The notes below the pieces were generated by a model that saw nothing but the letters and a program-made list of their open reading frames with translations, searched no databases and was not told the origin of the DNA. A DNA stretch of 44,824 bases from the IMG/VR virus record IMGVR_UViG_3300033067_001991, positions 1-44,824 of that record. One strand, written 5' to 3'. Both the position numbers and the translations under genes were made by a program. Shown in pieces: positions 9,412 through 18,459 of the stretch; the first letter of the stretch is position 1, and every line of letters begins with the position of its first letter. This stretch comes from a virus. Taxonomy: Duplodnaviria; Caudoviricetes.

Positions 9412-9916
9412 TGTAAAAGTGGAAGCTCAAAGACGCGCCGTCATCTTAGATGTTCAAAAGTTCATTACAGCCCACGCAGACTATGAACCGGTGATGAACC
9501 ACTACTTTTCTAAAAATGTTTACGCCCGAGAAATGAATATGAAAAAAGGCTCCATCATTGTGGGGAAAATTCACAAGTTTGAAAACCTGTGTATTCTCTC
9601 TAAAGGGGCCGCGATTGTTATTTCTCACGAAGGCAGAAAAATAGTTCAAGCGCCATGCACTTTTGTGGCAAGCCCTGGAGCTAAGAGAATCATCGTTGCC
9701 TTAGAGGATTTGACCTGGACAAATGTTCACGGGACAAGTGAAACTGATTTGGCAAAGATTGAAGAAGAATTTATTGCAAAAGATTTTAACGAAGTTTTAA
9801 CAGAAACAGAAATGAAATTATTAGGGGAGGCTCTCAATGAGTTGGATGATAGCGGGAATGGCAGCGGTGGGTTTAGTAACCAATTACATGAACCAAAAGT
9901 CGCAGGCGGCGAATAA
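9395..9916 (+). CDS. Cupin-fold phage protein
   Basis: HYFSKNVYAREM...GKIHKFENLCILSKG...SPGAKR...WTNVH, a cupin-like motif set; start ATG 9395. Confidence 0.65.
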   Translation: MSSLADVKVEAQRRAVILDVQKFITAHADYEPVMNHYFSKNVYAREMNMKKGSIIVGKIHKFENLCILSKGAAIVISHEGRKIVQAPCTFVASPGAKRIIVALEDLTWTNVHGTSETDLAKIEEEFIAKDFNEVLTETEMKLLGEALNELDDSGNGSGGFSNQLHEPKVAGGE

Positions 9917-10205
9917 CGAAAAACAATCAAAAATGGCAGCGGCGCAAGCCCAGTATTCTCCGTGGACGGGAATGAAGCCAGAAACTCCAAACCTTAAACC
10001 GGTGGATGAGGTTGGTGGTGCCTTAACCGGTGCGGCTCAAGGGGCTTTATCTGGAGCGATGATGCAAAATGCTCAGAAGCAGAATAACACCCCGACCATC
10101 AATAATATGCAAAGCGATAACTCTGAGTTTATGGCTCCGAAATCCCCACAGGATCAGTTCCAACAAGATCTAATGGGAAAAAGTAAAAAGAACCTATACG
10201 GGTAG
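9837..10205 (+). CDS. Small internal virion / ejection protein
   Basis: Hydrophobic N-terminus MSWMIAGMAAVGLV, YSPWTG motif, G/A-rich; GGGGAGG RBS. Confidence 0.55.
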   Translation: MSWMIAGMAAVGLVTNYMNQKSQAANNEKQSKMAAAQAQYSPWTGMKPETPNLKPVDEVGGALTGAAQGALSGAMMQNAQKQNNTPTINNMQSDNSEFMAPKSPQDQFQQDLMGKSKKNLYG

Positions 10206-10214
10206 GAGGCCTTA

Positions 10215-11378
10215 ATGGCAGCAAATAAATTTACGGACTTTCTTGCGAGCATGCAAAACCCGCAAGATAATCAGCCGTACTCACAGATGTCGCCGGAGCA
10301 AGCGCAAATGCTTTCTCAAATGGGGGCTCAGCAACGGATGCCGGATGCGGTAACCGCTCCGCCTCCACAAGCACCGGCTATGGCGCCTCCATCTCCGCAG
10401 CAAATGTCTATGAAGATGGCTGGGGCGGGAGTGAGTCCGCAAGATCATGCAGCCCTTCAAGATAAATTTAAAAGTTATAATCAGCAATACGGCGATGCTT
10501 TATCCAAGCTTCAAGGCTACATGGATAATTACAATCAAACTCCTCAAGGAACGGATTACCGTCCAATCGCTGCATTCTTAGGTGGACTTCCACAAAATAA
10601 AAACTCTCAGCTTTTAGATGCAGCCAATGCTATGGCTCCAGAATCTCAAGCTAAGAAAATGCAAAACGCGATTGCCAATCAGCAAACCTACACTAAAGAT
10701 ATTGGCGAGATGGCGAAAAATTCTGATTACGTTAAAATGCTTAACGGTCAAATGCAGCAACAAAATAATATGCTTCGCAATCAGATGATGTCGAATAGAA
10801 ATGCTCTTGGTCAGCAACGCTTAACTTTCCAAGAAGAAAAAGAAGCCCGCGGAACTGTGAACAACGATCCGATGTTAAAACAATATGCTCCGCGCTTAGA
10901 GGGTGCAGCTAAAATTCAAGAACTTATTGAAGCAGCTCACTCTGGAAAAGTCGTGTCCAATCAAGCTTTACTTGGTCAGCTCAATGCCGAGATCGCAAGG
11001 TTGGAAACTGGCTCTCAAGCTCCAGGATTACATGCGGCTGAGAAAACGGAACTTAATCAGTATGCCGCCCAACTTGGTGCGGTTCGTGATGCGATCACCG
11101 GTAATCCAACCGACTCCGTTGATCCACGTATTTTAAATACGGCTGGAAAAATGGTGACGGAATTATCTGGATCCTACATGAAAGGGATCGATTCTCGAGC
11201 GGACATGTTAGCCGGCGGGATGAGAGATAATCAGCGTGGGATTGTTGATGAGAAATTAAATTCGATTCGAAAAACTTACGCCCCACGATTTGGTGGTTGG
11301 AACGGCCTTGTTCAAACTAAATATTACCAAGGTAAAAACTACGTTATGCAAGGCGATCACTGGGTTGAGGTGCCATAA
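10215..11378 (+). CDS. Internal virion / DNA ejection protein
   Basis: 387 aa, Q/M/A/P-rich and helical; AGGAGG RBS. Confidence 0.55.
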   Translation: MAANKFTDFLASMQNPQDNQPYSQMSPEQAQMLSQMGAQQRMPDAVTAPPPQAPAMAPPSPQQMSMKMAGAGVSPQDHAALQDKFKSYNQQYGDALSKLQGYMDNYNQTPQGTDYRPIAAFLGGLPQNKNSQLLDAANAMAPESQAKKMQNAIANQQTYTKDIGEMAKNSDYVKMLNGQMQQQNNMLRNQMMSNRNALGQQRLTFQEEKEARGTVNNDPMLKQYAPRLEGAAKIQELIEAAHSGKVVSNQALLGQLNAEIARLETGSQAPGLHAAEKTELNQYAAQLGAVRDAITGNPTDSVDPRILNTAGKMVTELSGSYMKGIDSRADMLAGGMRDNQRGIVDEKLNSIRKTYAPRFGGWNGLVQTKYYQGKNYVMQGDHWVEVP

Positions 11379-13060
11379 TGGGAGGAATGTATAAAGTCGG
11401 CGAAGCTCCTTGGGAGCAAAATAGCGCAAACAAGCAAGTATCAGTACCCCAAACCCCGGCAAGCCCTCCAAGCGGAGCGGCGTTTAAAGTCGGCCAAGCA
11501 CCGTGGGAAACTAACCAGCCGACATCACCGCACGAAGCCGCTCCCGCCGGACCTGAAAAAACCAGCGTAGGTGAAGCAGCTCTCCAAGGTTTCGGTCAGG
11601 GTGGAACTTTAGGATACCTTCCAGAAATGCAGGCCGGAGTTGAAACAGGAATAAATGCGGGCATGGGGAAAGTAAATGAATATTTCCCGGACACCTTTCA
11701 ATCTTATGATCCGAATTTAACGTATGCAAAAACTCTCCAAGAGTGGAGAAAACAAAACGAAACGATGAAAAACGAACATCCACTTGCAACCATGGGTGGA
11801 AATGTGGCCGGCGCTCTAATGACCCTTCCAATGGGTGGACCGGTAGCCGAAGGTTCGGCCGCCGTTAAGGGACTCCAAGCTTTAGGACTGGGTGAAAAAG
11901 CACTGACCGCCGCAAAGATTGGAAAGGCCGCCACCGTAGGTGCAGGATACGGCGCTCTTGCCAATACTGAAAACCCAGAGGGCGATTATCTAGATCTCAA
12001 ACAAAGACTCGATAACGCCAAAACTGGAGCGATTTTCGGGGGTGGTGGCGAGGCGGCCGCTCTTGGTGGTGCTGCGGCTTTAAAGACTGCGGCTGAGAAG
12101 CTTAAGAATTCAGCAATTGTTAAACAGATCGGCGCCAACGCCGGACAGATCAAAACTATTTTGAAAAAAGACCAACTCCCAGAGATCGGCCAATTCATGA
12201 AGGATGAAGGCTTAATGGGTGTGGGAAAAAATACGGAAAAAGTAGCCGAGGCCACTAAAGATATTTTGGAGACTGATGGCCCTAAAATCGGCCAACTTTA
12301 TCAGGACGCGCAAAACCAAGCGCAAGCCGTTCAAAATACTTTAGGGGTAAATAATTCCGGGACTAAAATCTCAGGCCCCGATTTGGCAGATCAAATCATG
12401 GCGGAAGTAAAAGCTAAGGCCAAAAATAATCCAAACCGCGATCAGGTGATGCGTGAGATGGAATCTTCTCTCCAACCTTTACGCGATATGGGTGATAACG
12501 CCAATATTTTAGATGTCCACGATTTTAGAAAAGGGCTGGATGAAAATATCGATTGGAGTAAATCTTCTCGTGAAAAAGGGATTATGCAACGATCTTACGT
12601 TTCAGCCCGAAATATCGTAGCTGATAAAACTAAAGACGTGATCAATCAACTCGATAACGTTTTGGGTGGAAATAAACTTGGCGAGCTTAAAGATTTAAAC
12701 CAACGCTTCTCAAATGCAGCGCTTGTGAATAACACCGCTACTCAAGCCACAGGCCGCGAGATGGCGAAGGTTTTAATGGGCGGAGCTTTGAACTCTGTCG
12801 GCGGTGGAATTGCTGCTCAAGGTGAATATTCAAGATCTCACTCTCCACTAAATGCTGCGGGAGCTTTTGTTCTTGGAAGTTTGGCGACGGGTGCGGCTAG
12901 AAAATTAGCGGTCCCAGTTTCTTTCCAAACAGGTCGTGCGGCCGGCGCCCTCAGTAAAGGACTCGAAGCAGTCGGTAATAATCCAGGAATGGTTGGCGGA
13001 GGAGCGGCTGCGGCGGAATCTCCATGGTTAAGTATTAACAAAAAGGAAAAAAACAAATGA
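11378..13060 (+). CDS. Large internal virion / DNA ejection protein
   Basis: 560 aa, A/G-rich; GFGQGGTLGYLPE and HPLATMGGNVAG motifs; duplicated N-terminal KVG-x-APWE. Confidence 0.6.
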   Translation: MGGMYKVGEAPWEQNSANKQVSVPQTPASPPSGAAFKVGQAPWETNQPTSPHEAAPAGPEKTSVGEAALQGFGQGGTLGYLPEMQAGVETGINAGMGKVNEYFPDTFQSYDPNLTYAKTLQEWRKQNETMKNEHPLATMGGNVAGALMTLPMGGPVAEGSAAVKGLQALGLGEKALTAAKIGKAATVGAGYGALANTENPEGDYLDLKQRLDNAKTGAIFGGGGEAAALGGAAALKTAAEKLKNSAIVKQIGANAGQIKTILKKDQLPEIGQFMKDEGLMGVGKNTEKVAEATKDILETDGPKIGQLYQDAQNQAQAVQNTLGVNNSGTKISGPDLADQIMAEVKAKAKNNPNRDQVMREMESSLQPLRDMGDNANILDVHDFRKGLDENIDWSKSSREKGIMQRSYVSARNIVADKTKDVINQLDNVLGGNKLGELKDLNQRFSNAALVNNTATQATGREMAKVLMGGALNSVGGGIAAQGEYSRSHSPLNAAGAFVLGSLATGAARKLAVPVSFQTGRAAGALSKGLEAVGNNPGMVGGGAAAAESPWLSINKKEKNK

Positions 13061-13365
13061 AGAAAAATAAATTATCCGGCATAGGCGCGATCCCACAATC
13101 TCACGTTGAACCTCCATACGAGAGTCCAGATCATGAAAACTCTCATGAGGCGAAACTTGAAAAACACGAGATCGATCGTCACATCGGATCTTTGATGGAA
13201 GCTGAGAAAATAAAAGGGGACGCAAAACTAATGAAAGCTTTGCAACCCCATATTGAAAAACACAAAGAAGCCGCCGCCAAAGTTGGCGCTGAGCATCCGG
13301 CCCCTGTCAAATCTATTGCACAGTTGAAGGAGAAGGCGAAGCAGAAGATGTCGGAGCCGGGCTAG
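13057..13365 (+). CDS. Hypothetical protein (last gene of the late arm)
   Basis: ATGA overlap with the upstream gene; charged helical sequence. Confidence 0.55.
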   Translation: MKKNKLSGIGAIPQSHVEPPYESPDHENSHEAKLEKHEIDRHIGSLMEAEKIKGDAKLMKALQPHIEKHKEAAAKVGAEHPAPVKSIAQLKEKAKQKMSEPG

Positions 13366-13837
13366 CTAATAGCTCGTCTGTAAACATGGGTGCAAGAGAT
13401 AAAAGCTCACTTGCGCTCAAATCAAATGCTGTCAGAATTACTGGGCTAAATTTCTTGAAACCAGTTTCAAATTCGACTTCCATCAATTCTTTTAATTTAT
13501 CATCGGCGGCTTGCTCATTTTCTTTTTTAATGCGCTTCATTGGTGGCGATCCTGCCGGCGCACCTTCTGGAGTAAAATCTTCCCCGAATTGAGAGAAAAT
13601 TTCATTGATCTTAGTTTGGCAATCCATGCGCTCATTATTGATCAATTTCCCAAGAGCCGTGATATTTCTTTGAACTTGATATGGAAGTTGACTGTCCACC
13701 AAGCGCTGAAATACGGAAGTAAAATTTGGATTACGAATATCCCCGTATGTAAGTTTAATCGTTGGCCAATTAGTTGGCGCCTCAGTTTGTTGGTTTTTTA
13801 CAACCTCTAATTTTGTTTTCTGGGTTTCTGTTTCCAT
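13313..13837 (-). CDS. Hypothetical phage protein (DUF1617-like helical protein)
   Basis: AAGGAG RBS; helical charged pattern recalled as resembling DUF1617; last gene of the - strand arm. Confidence 0.5.
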   Translation of the reverse strand: METETQKTKLEVVKNQQTEAPTNWPTIKLTYGDIRNPNFTSVFQRLVDSQLPYQVQRNITALGKLINNERMDCQTKINEIFSQFGEDFTPEGAPAGSPPMKRIKKENEQAADDKLKELMEVEFETGFKKFSPVILTAFDLSASELLSLAPMFTDELLASPAPTSSASPSPSTVQ

Positions 13838-13838
13838 C

Positions 13839-14180
13839 TTATGCTCCTTTCAGCATTCTTTTTAAATCGTCTTTAACTTTGTCCCAATTTTCTGGATACA
13901 CGAAAGTCGCATATCCTTTTGCTAACAGTGTGATCTTCTCGACATTGTTGAATTGAAGGGTTCCCCGCATCAATTCATCTTTGGAGCGCTTAAGTTCTAA
14001 CGCCACAAATTTTCCATTCACGCAAACTAAATAATCCGGAATCCCTCGCACACTTCGTTCTTGAGTCTTAACAAACCATGTGTGTGGGAGGTTCTCCAGA
14101 AACTTCTTTACCTTCCCCTTCAAATTGCTTTCCAATGGCTTGGTCAATTTCTTCAAAGGTTTTGGCGTCAATCGCGTCAT
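13839..14180 (-). CDS. VRR-NUC domain nuclease (Holliday junction resolvase-like)
   Basis: E...GIPDYLVCVNGKFVALELK PD-(D/E)xK signature. Confidence 0.85.
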   Translation of the reverse strand: MTRLTPKPLKKLTKPLESNLKGKVKKFLENLPHTWFVKTQERSVRGIPDYLVCVNGKFVALELKRSKDELMRGTLQFNNVEKITLLAKGYATFVYPENWDKVKDDLKRMLKGA

Positions 14181-16035
14181 AGAAAGATTGTAACGAGTAA
14201 GATAGCCCTACAGTCAATGGCAAATATCTGTAAGGATAAATACTCTCCATCGTTTCCACGATAAAGCGCATCCCACGGGTATCGTTCAAGGGAACCTCAA
14301 ACAAGATCTCATCATGAACCTGGATCACAATTTCTGCCCCGTACATCAGTGGATTTTTATGCTGCTTAATCATGGCTTTTTTAACCACATCAGCGCAGCC
14401 CCCTTGAATGATTCCGTTAATAGCTTTATAGGCAAAATCAGGTTTTGGGAAATCGAGCTTTCGACCACTCCAAGTATAAACAAAACCCCGAGCTTTAGCC
14501 ACATCTGATGATTGATAAATAATCCGCTTCACAAATGGAAGCTTTCTGAAATACTGCCACTTAAATTCTTTGGCCACTTGATAAATAACCCCGATAGCAT
14601 TGGCGAGCTTTTGAATCCCCATTCCGTAAAGTAATCCGAAATTGAGAGTCTTCGCAGCTTTCCTTGTAAGCCCAGTCAAATCCGCAGTCGCTTGGTGGGG
14701 GTCATGGCCTGATTTAATTTTATCGATCAGCTCCATCTCTCCCGCGTAATCAAGCATCATCCGAAATTCCATTTGGTTGTAGTCCGGCATGAAGAAAAAA
14801 TATCCAGGTCGTGGCTTCAAAGCCCGACGAATTGGAAATTCAGAATCATCTTCTTTTGGAATATTTTGGAGGTTCGGATCAGAATATGAAAACCTTCCCG
14901 TTCGAGTTCCAGATTGTTTCATATCAGGATGTAAACACCCATCAGCCTTAGAGAGATTAATAAAATTCTGAAAATATGTGTTCGCCCGCTTTGAATGCTC
15001 TCTATGAAGTAAAATGTTTTTAGCTAACAAATTATCTGGATAAGCTGCAAGCACATCTTCTTTAATAGACTCGCCGCCGGATTCTGTCGTTCCGATCTCG
15101 ACCCCTTCATTACGAAGATAAGGACCGAGTTCTTCTACTGAATCTTTAAACTCAGCTTTGTAAGTTTCTTTGAACCAGCCCTCAACGTAAGAGACAACTT
15201 TTCGAGATGACTCCATTCCTTCTTTACAGAAAGCCTGATCAACTAAAACCCCACGCTCCTCGACATCGCAACACACAGAAAGTAGGTCAATCTCCATATC
15301 CACGAGATCTTGGAGCTTGGGGCCAAACTTTATATTTTTTTCTTTGTATTCTTCGATACGTTTAAGCTGAGATAAATAAAGCCGCCGCGTGACGTCGCCA
15401 TCACGGGCAGCATACGGAGCCATAATACTAAATGGAACTAAATGATAAAATTTCTCAACAAATTGTTTCTTCTTTCCAAACACTTGCTGAGTCCGATAAA
15501 GGCCATGCTGGTCGATATATTCTTCAACCGCATCGTCTTTAGCAAAACCCGGAACATTTCTTTCCACACATGAAGCTAAATTATATTTCATGTGATCATT
15601 CTCTAAGAGCCGCTCGATCACCATGGTATCCCAAAGACGTCCCTTAATTCCCACACCAAAAGTATTCTTAATAATGTGGCGATCAAATTTAAGGTTATGC
15701 CCGATCCATAAAACTTCATCAGATAAAAATTCAATTATGTTTGCCCGCATCTCGGGGCCTAGAACAAAATCCGGCTCAATCGTTTCAATTTTTGAATAGT
15801 CTTGGAAATTGGCGTAGTAGTTTATTCCAGCAATATTAAATGCCAAAGAGAACACTTCATTTAAGAAAACGTTCAATCCTGTGGTTTCAGAATCGATAAT
15901 GCGCTCTTTACTTTCACGTAAAGTTTGGAGCAAAACGGCTGAATCCCCACAATTATTCCATGTGAGCTTACCCTCGGATGAGGTGACATCCCAGGCGAAT
16001 TTATCGCCCAGGATTACAAAATTTATGTCGGACAT
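14068..16035 (-). CDS. DNA polymerase family A with 3'-5' exonuclease
   Basis: ExoI DSETTGL, ExoII HNLKFD, ExoIII YAARD; TRTGRFSYSDPNLQNIP; motif A DYNQMEFR, motif B RKAAKTLNFGLLYG, motif C VHDE. Start moved to ATG 16035. Confidence 0.95.
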   Translation of the reverse strand: MSDINFVILGDKFAWDVTSSEGKLTWNNCGDSAVLLQTLRESKERIIDSETTGLNVFLNEVFSLAFNIAGINYYANFQDYSKIETIEPDFVLGPEMRANIIEFLSDEVLWIGHNLKFDRHIIKNTFGVGIKGRLWDTMVIERLLENDHMKYNLASCVERNVPGFAKDDAVEEYIDQHGLYRTQQVFGKKKQFVEKFYHLVPFSIMAPYAARDGDVTRRLYLSQLKRIEEYKEKNIKFGPKLQDLVDMEIDLLSVCCDVEERGVLVDQAFCKEGMESSRKVVSYVEGWFKETYKAEFKDSVEELGPYLRNEGVEIGTTESGGESIKEDVLAAYPDNLLAKNILLHREHSKRANTYFQNFINLSKADGCLHPDMKQSGTRTGRFSYSDPNLQNIPKEDDSEFPIRRALKPRPGYFFFMPDYNQMEFRMMLDYAGEMELIDKIKSGHDPHQATADLTGLTRKAAKTLNFGLLYGMGIQKLANAIGVIYQVAKEFKWQYFRKLPFVKRIIYQSSDVAKARGFVYTWSGRKLDFPKPDFAYKAINGIIQGGCADVVKKAMIKQHKNPLMYGAEIVIQVHDEILFEVPLNDTRGMRFIVETMESIYPYRYLPLTVGLSYSLQSFYDAIDAKTFEEIDQAIGKQFEGEGKEVSGEPPTHMVC

Positions 16036-16036
16036 A

Positions 16037-16822
16037 TTAGAACTGCAAATCTTGATCGCGTGTCGGAGTCGTTGGCTCTGCACCTTCAACGTCAGAAGAT
16101 AAATCCTCTGCCGTTTGATTGATGGCGCCTTTCGCCTGCATATCAAATAAAGTTCCAGTCCATTTTCTTAACACGTCCCATTTGTCTGGAGAGGCTTTTT
16201 CTTGCCCTTCTTTACCGACTACAGGATCAGCTTTGAAAACGTACCAGGCACCTTTTTTAGATTGCTCTGATGATAAGGCAAACTTACACAACCACGGCTC
16301 GATTTGATTCCGCTTTAGGTCAGCATAGCGGTTCATTAAAGGGAGGGCTGCGGCTGTGAAGCTTGTCGATGAAATTACGATTTGATGAACATTCGGAACT
16401 GGATTATTGAGATCTTTCTCTAACACCACAAAAAATGTAGCGGTTTGAAAATTCTGCTCAATCGTTCCGTCTGCATGTTGTTTTTTCCATTCGTACTGAG
16501 AAGCTGACTTCCAGTCAGTGATTCCCGTTGGAACTGGCTTTTGATCAGTAGGGGATTTTTTATTGTGATACCAGGATAATTTATAAGTTAATGGGTAGAA
16601 AATAATTTTCTCACCTGGACCGGCGATCTTAGATAGATCTTGGGTTGTAAACAATTCTCCAACCATACCTTGGCGGCCGGTGGTTGTAGTTTGGTGCATT
16701 TTAATTTTGGAAATTCTTAAATGATCCTGCGCCAAGTCCGGTGCAGAATTTAATAAATCCATTGCTGGGTTGTAGGCTTGAACCTCGTGAGCTGCTTTTT
16801 TCGTTGTAACTTGTTTTTCCAT
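16037..16822 (-). CDS. Putative single-stranded DNA-binding / replication protein
   Basis: Directly upstream of the polymerase; beta-rich core and acidic tail ending DQDLQF. Confidence 0.5.
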   Translation of the reverse strand: MEKQVTTKKAAHEVQAYNPAMDLLNSAPDLAQDHLRISKIKMHQTTTTGRQGMVGELFTTQDLSKIAGPGEKIIFYPLTYKLSWYHNKKSPTDQKPVPTGITDWKSASQYEWKKQHADGTIEQNFQTATFFVVLEKDLNNPVPNVHQIVISSTSFTAAALPLMNRYADLKRNQIEPWLCKFALSSEQSKKGAWYVFKADPVVGKEGQEKASPDKWDVLRKWTGTLFDMQAKGAINQTAEDLSSDVEGAEPTTPTRDQDLQF

Positions 16823-16823
16823 T

Positions 16824-17231
16824 TTACTTTCCTCTCTTTAAATATTTATTTTCTTTTGGTAACCCTAATCCCGGAGCCACAAACAGTGCATCATTTTCAA
16901 GTTTGCCTTTAAACCACGAATTAAGTGAAGCGTGATGAATAGACGCCATCGTATCCCATTCGCCAATTTGCTTCATAAATTCCACAAACGTAATTTTATC
17001 GTCCCCTTTTGGCATATCGACTTTTTTATCGACGACCAAGAGAACCGATCCTGCGCTTGATGAGAATTTTTTTAATTCATTAGTTTCAAGTAATGCAATA
17101 AGCTTGCCTTGAATCGTTGCTATTTCTTCGTTGAGTGGTTTGATTTGAGTTTCTTCGATCTCCTCAACTTGCTTTTTGAGTGTGAGAAACTTTTCGGTGA
17201 GTAGGTTTACTTCTGATAAACTTGCATCCAT
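16824..17231 (-). CDS. Conserved phage replication-module coiled-coil protein (Gam/gp33-like)
   Basis: N-terminal coiled coil followed by SIHHASLNSW...APGL, typical of genes next to the SSB in PolA phages. Confidence 0.5.
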   Translation of the reverse strand: MDASLSEVNLLTEKFLTLKKQVEEIEETQIKPLNEEIATIQGKLIALLETNELKKFSSSAGSVLLVVDKKVDMPKGDDKITFVEFMKQIGEWDTMASIHHASLNSWFKGKLENDALFVAPGLGLPKENKYLKRGK

Positions 17232-17267
17232 TGAACCTCATTTTCTATCCGTATTCGGGATGTTTTC

Positions 17268-17297
17268 AGCATGCCCTTGGGTTTGAGGTGGAGTCAA
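17268..17297 (-). promoter_or_regulatory. Putative sigma70 promoter for the replication genes
   Basis: On the - strand: TTGACT-N18-CATGCT upstream of 17231. Confidence 0.45.
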
Positions 17298-17314
17298 ATT
17301 TTAAATATGATGCT

Positions 17315-17360
17315 AGGCTCCGGTGAGTGTAAACGAAATTTATTTTAAACACCGGAGCCT
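17315..17360. terminator. Perfect 11-bp inverted repeat (terminator or processing hairpin)
   Basis: AGGCTCCGGTG (17315-17325) / CACCGGAGCCT (17350-17360) immediately after the Lys-rich peptide stop; no clear U-tract. Confidence 0.45.
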
Positions 17361-17365
17361 GAAAA

Positions 17366-17434
17366 CTACTTCTTACCTTTTTTAGATGATGCAGTTTTTT
17401 TAACTTTTTTCTTTGCTGGTTTTTTTGTTGCCAT
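17366..17434 (-). CDS. 22-aa Lys-rich histone-H1-like peptide MATKKPAKKKVKKTASSKKGKK (not in the ORF track)
   Basis: Strong AAGGAGG RBS just upstream of the ATG at 17434; TAG stop; 11 of 22 residues are Lys. Confidence 0.75.
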   Translation of the reverse strand: MATKKPAKKKVKKTASSKKGKK

Positions 17435-17463
17435 TTGAGCCTCCTTGTAAAACTAATCGTTAT

Positions 17464-18048
17464 TTAACTTTCGTATGTTTGCAAGACTTTTATCATCTGC
17501 TCTGCAAGTTGGGGCTCGCCTCGCCACCCACACCAATACCCGGTGATCGCCATTTTCCAAAGCTCGTTGGTCTTCAACCAATATTTCAAATACTTTTTAT
17601 CCGCCACCATGAGCATAGATAAAAGCTGATTCGGCTCTCCCAATTTATTGTATTTAGCCGCATACCACGTATCCACCCAAAGCCATAGATCTTGAAACCA
17701 ATTAGCCGTCTGATTTTTGCATCGGCGGACATGGCCTTGGTGGCTTGGGAAAAACCAATCTTTCCCGTTAACCCAGTCACGGTTCACAAGCTCATATTGT
17801 CCGTGATAATAAAACCCAGCCATGAGGCAAAGTGCCTGATCTCTGGAAAAATCATACACGTATTGGTTGGGGTGCCGGACATACTTTAGTTTTTGCGGTC
17901 CGCTTAGAAGCTGAGTATTAACAACATACTTCTCAAGCGGGATTTTTGGCTGCATCCCGAACACGGTCATAATTCCAGCGAGTCGGCTAGAGTCTTGGAG
18001 ATCCGATGCTCCGGTATCTTTCGGAAGTCCTAAATCATCAATTAACAT
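17464..18048 (-). CDS. Hypothetical helical enzyme-like protein (YVRHP...DFSRDQ motif)
   Basis: AGGAGGG RBS before ATG 18048; Trp-rich, with conserved-looking acidic motifs. Confidence 0.6.
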   Translation of the reverse strand: MLIDDLGLPKDTGASDLQDSSRLAGIMTVFGMQPKIPLEKYVVNTQLLSGPQKLKYVRHPNQYVYDFSRDQALCLMAGFYYHGQYELVNRDWVNGKDWFFPSHQGHVRRCKNQTANWFQDLWLWVDTWYAAKYNKLGEPNQLLSMLMVADKKYLKYWLKTNELWKMAITGYWCGWRGEPQLAEQMIKVLQTYES

Positions 18049-18262
18049 GCTCACCCTCCTTTGGGTTTGGAATGTCTCGCCGAAATTGTGCGGCCACAAT
18101 GTTATGTAAATAAATACTTAAAAGATCTCGCATATAATGGGCCTCAACGCCTGCAATAACATTAGTCTTAAACTGATCCCCCGCTCTGTAAACGATCATT
18201 AAAGATTCGGGTTTTTGATCTAAAGCTTCCTTTAAAACTTTGGCGACCTCTTCACGACTCAT
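18038..18262 (-). CDS. Hypothetical protein
   Basis: Coupled to its neighbours by overlaps. Confidence 0.55.
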   Translation of the reverse strand: MSREEVAKVLKEALDQKPESLMIVYRAGDQFKTNVIAGVEAHYMRDLLSIYLHNIVAAQFRRDIPNPKEGEHVN

Positions 18263-18459
18263 CCTAATTTTCCTTGTTTTTTAAGTTCCTGAATTTGCGC
18301 ATCCACCATTTTGGTTCCATCGCGGAGGCGCTGGTTTTCCGCGGTCAATTCTTGAAGCCGTGCTAAAATCTTTTTATGAGCGGTGTCCATGTGATCACCC
18401 ACTTCAAGCCCTGGAACGAGTGCCATTATTTCCATGTGAATTTCTTGCCGTGACATCAT
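18259..18459 (-). CDS. Hypothetical coiled-coil protein
   Basis: 4-nt overlaps on both sides. Confidence 0.55.
   Translation of the reverse strand: MMSRQEIHMEIMALVPGLEVGDHMDTAHKKILARLQELTAENQRLRDGTKMVDAQIQELKKQGKLG

Noticed and set aside
14600-14670. Unusual PolA residue-762 variant
   Set aside because: Motif B is KTLNFGLLYG, the ordinary Phe type, so nothing atypical.
16036-16146. N-terminal extension of the polymerase (and similar extensions at 3719, 3897, 8929, 9341, 18099, 22308, 30110)
   Set aside because: These overlap upstream genes or regulatory DNA; downstream starts have RBSs or stop-start coupling.
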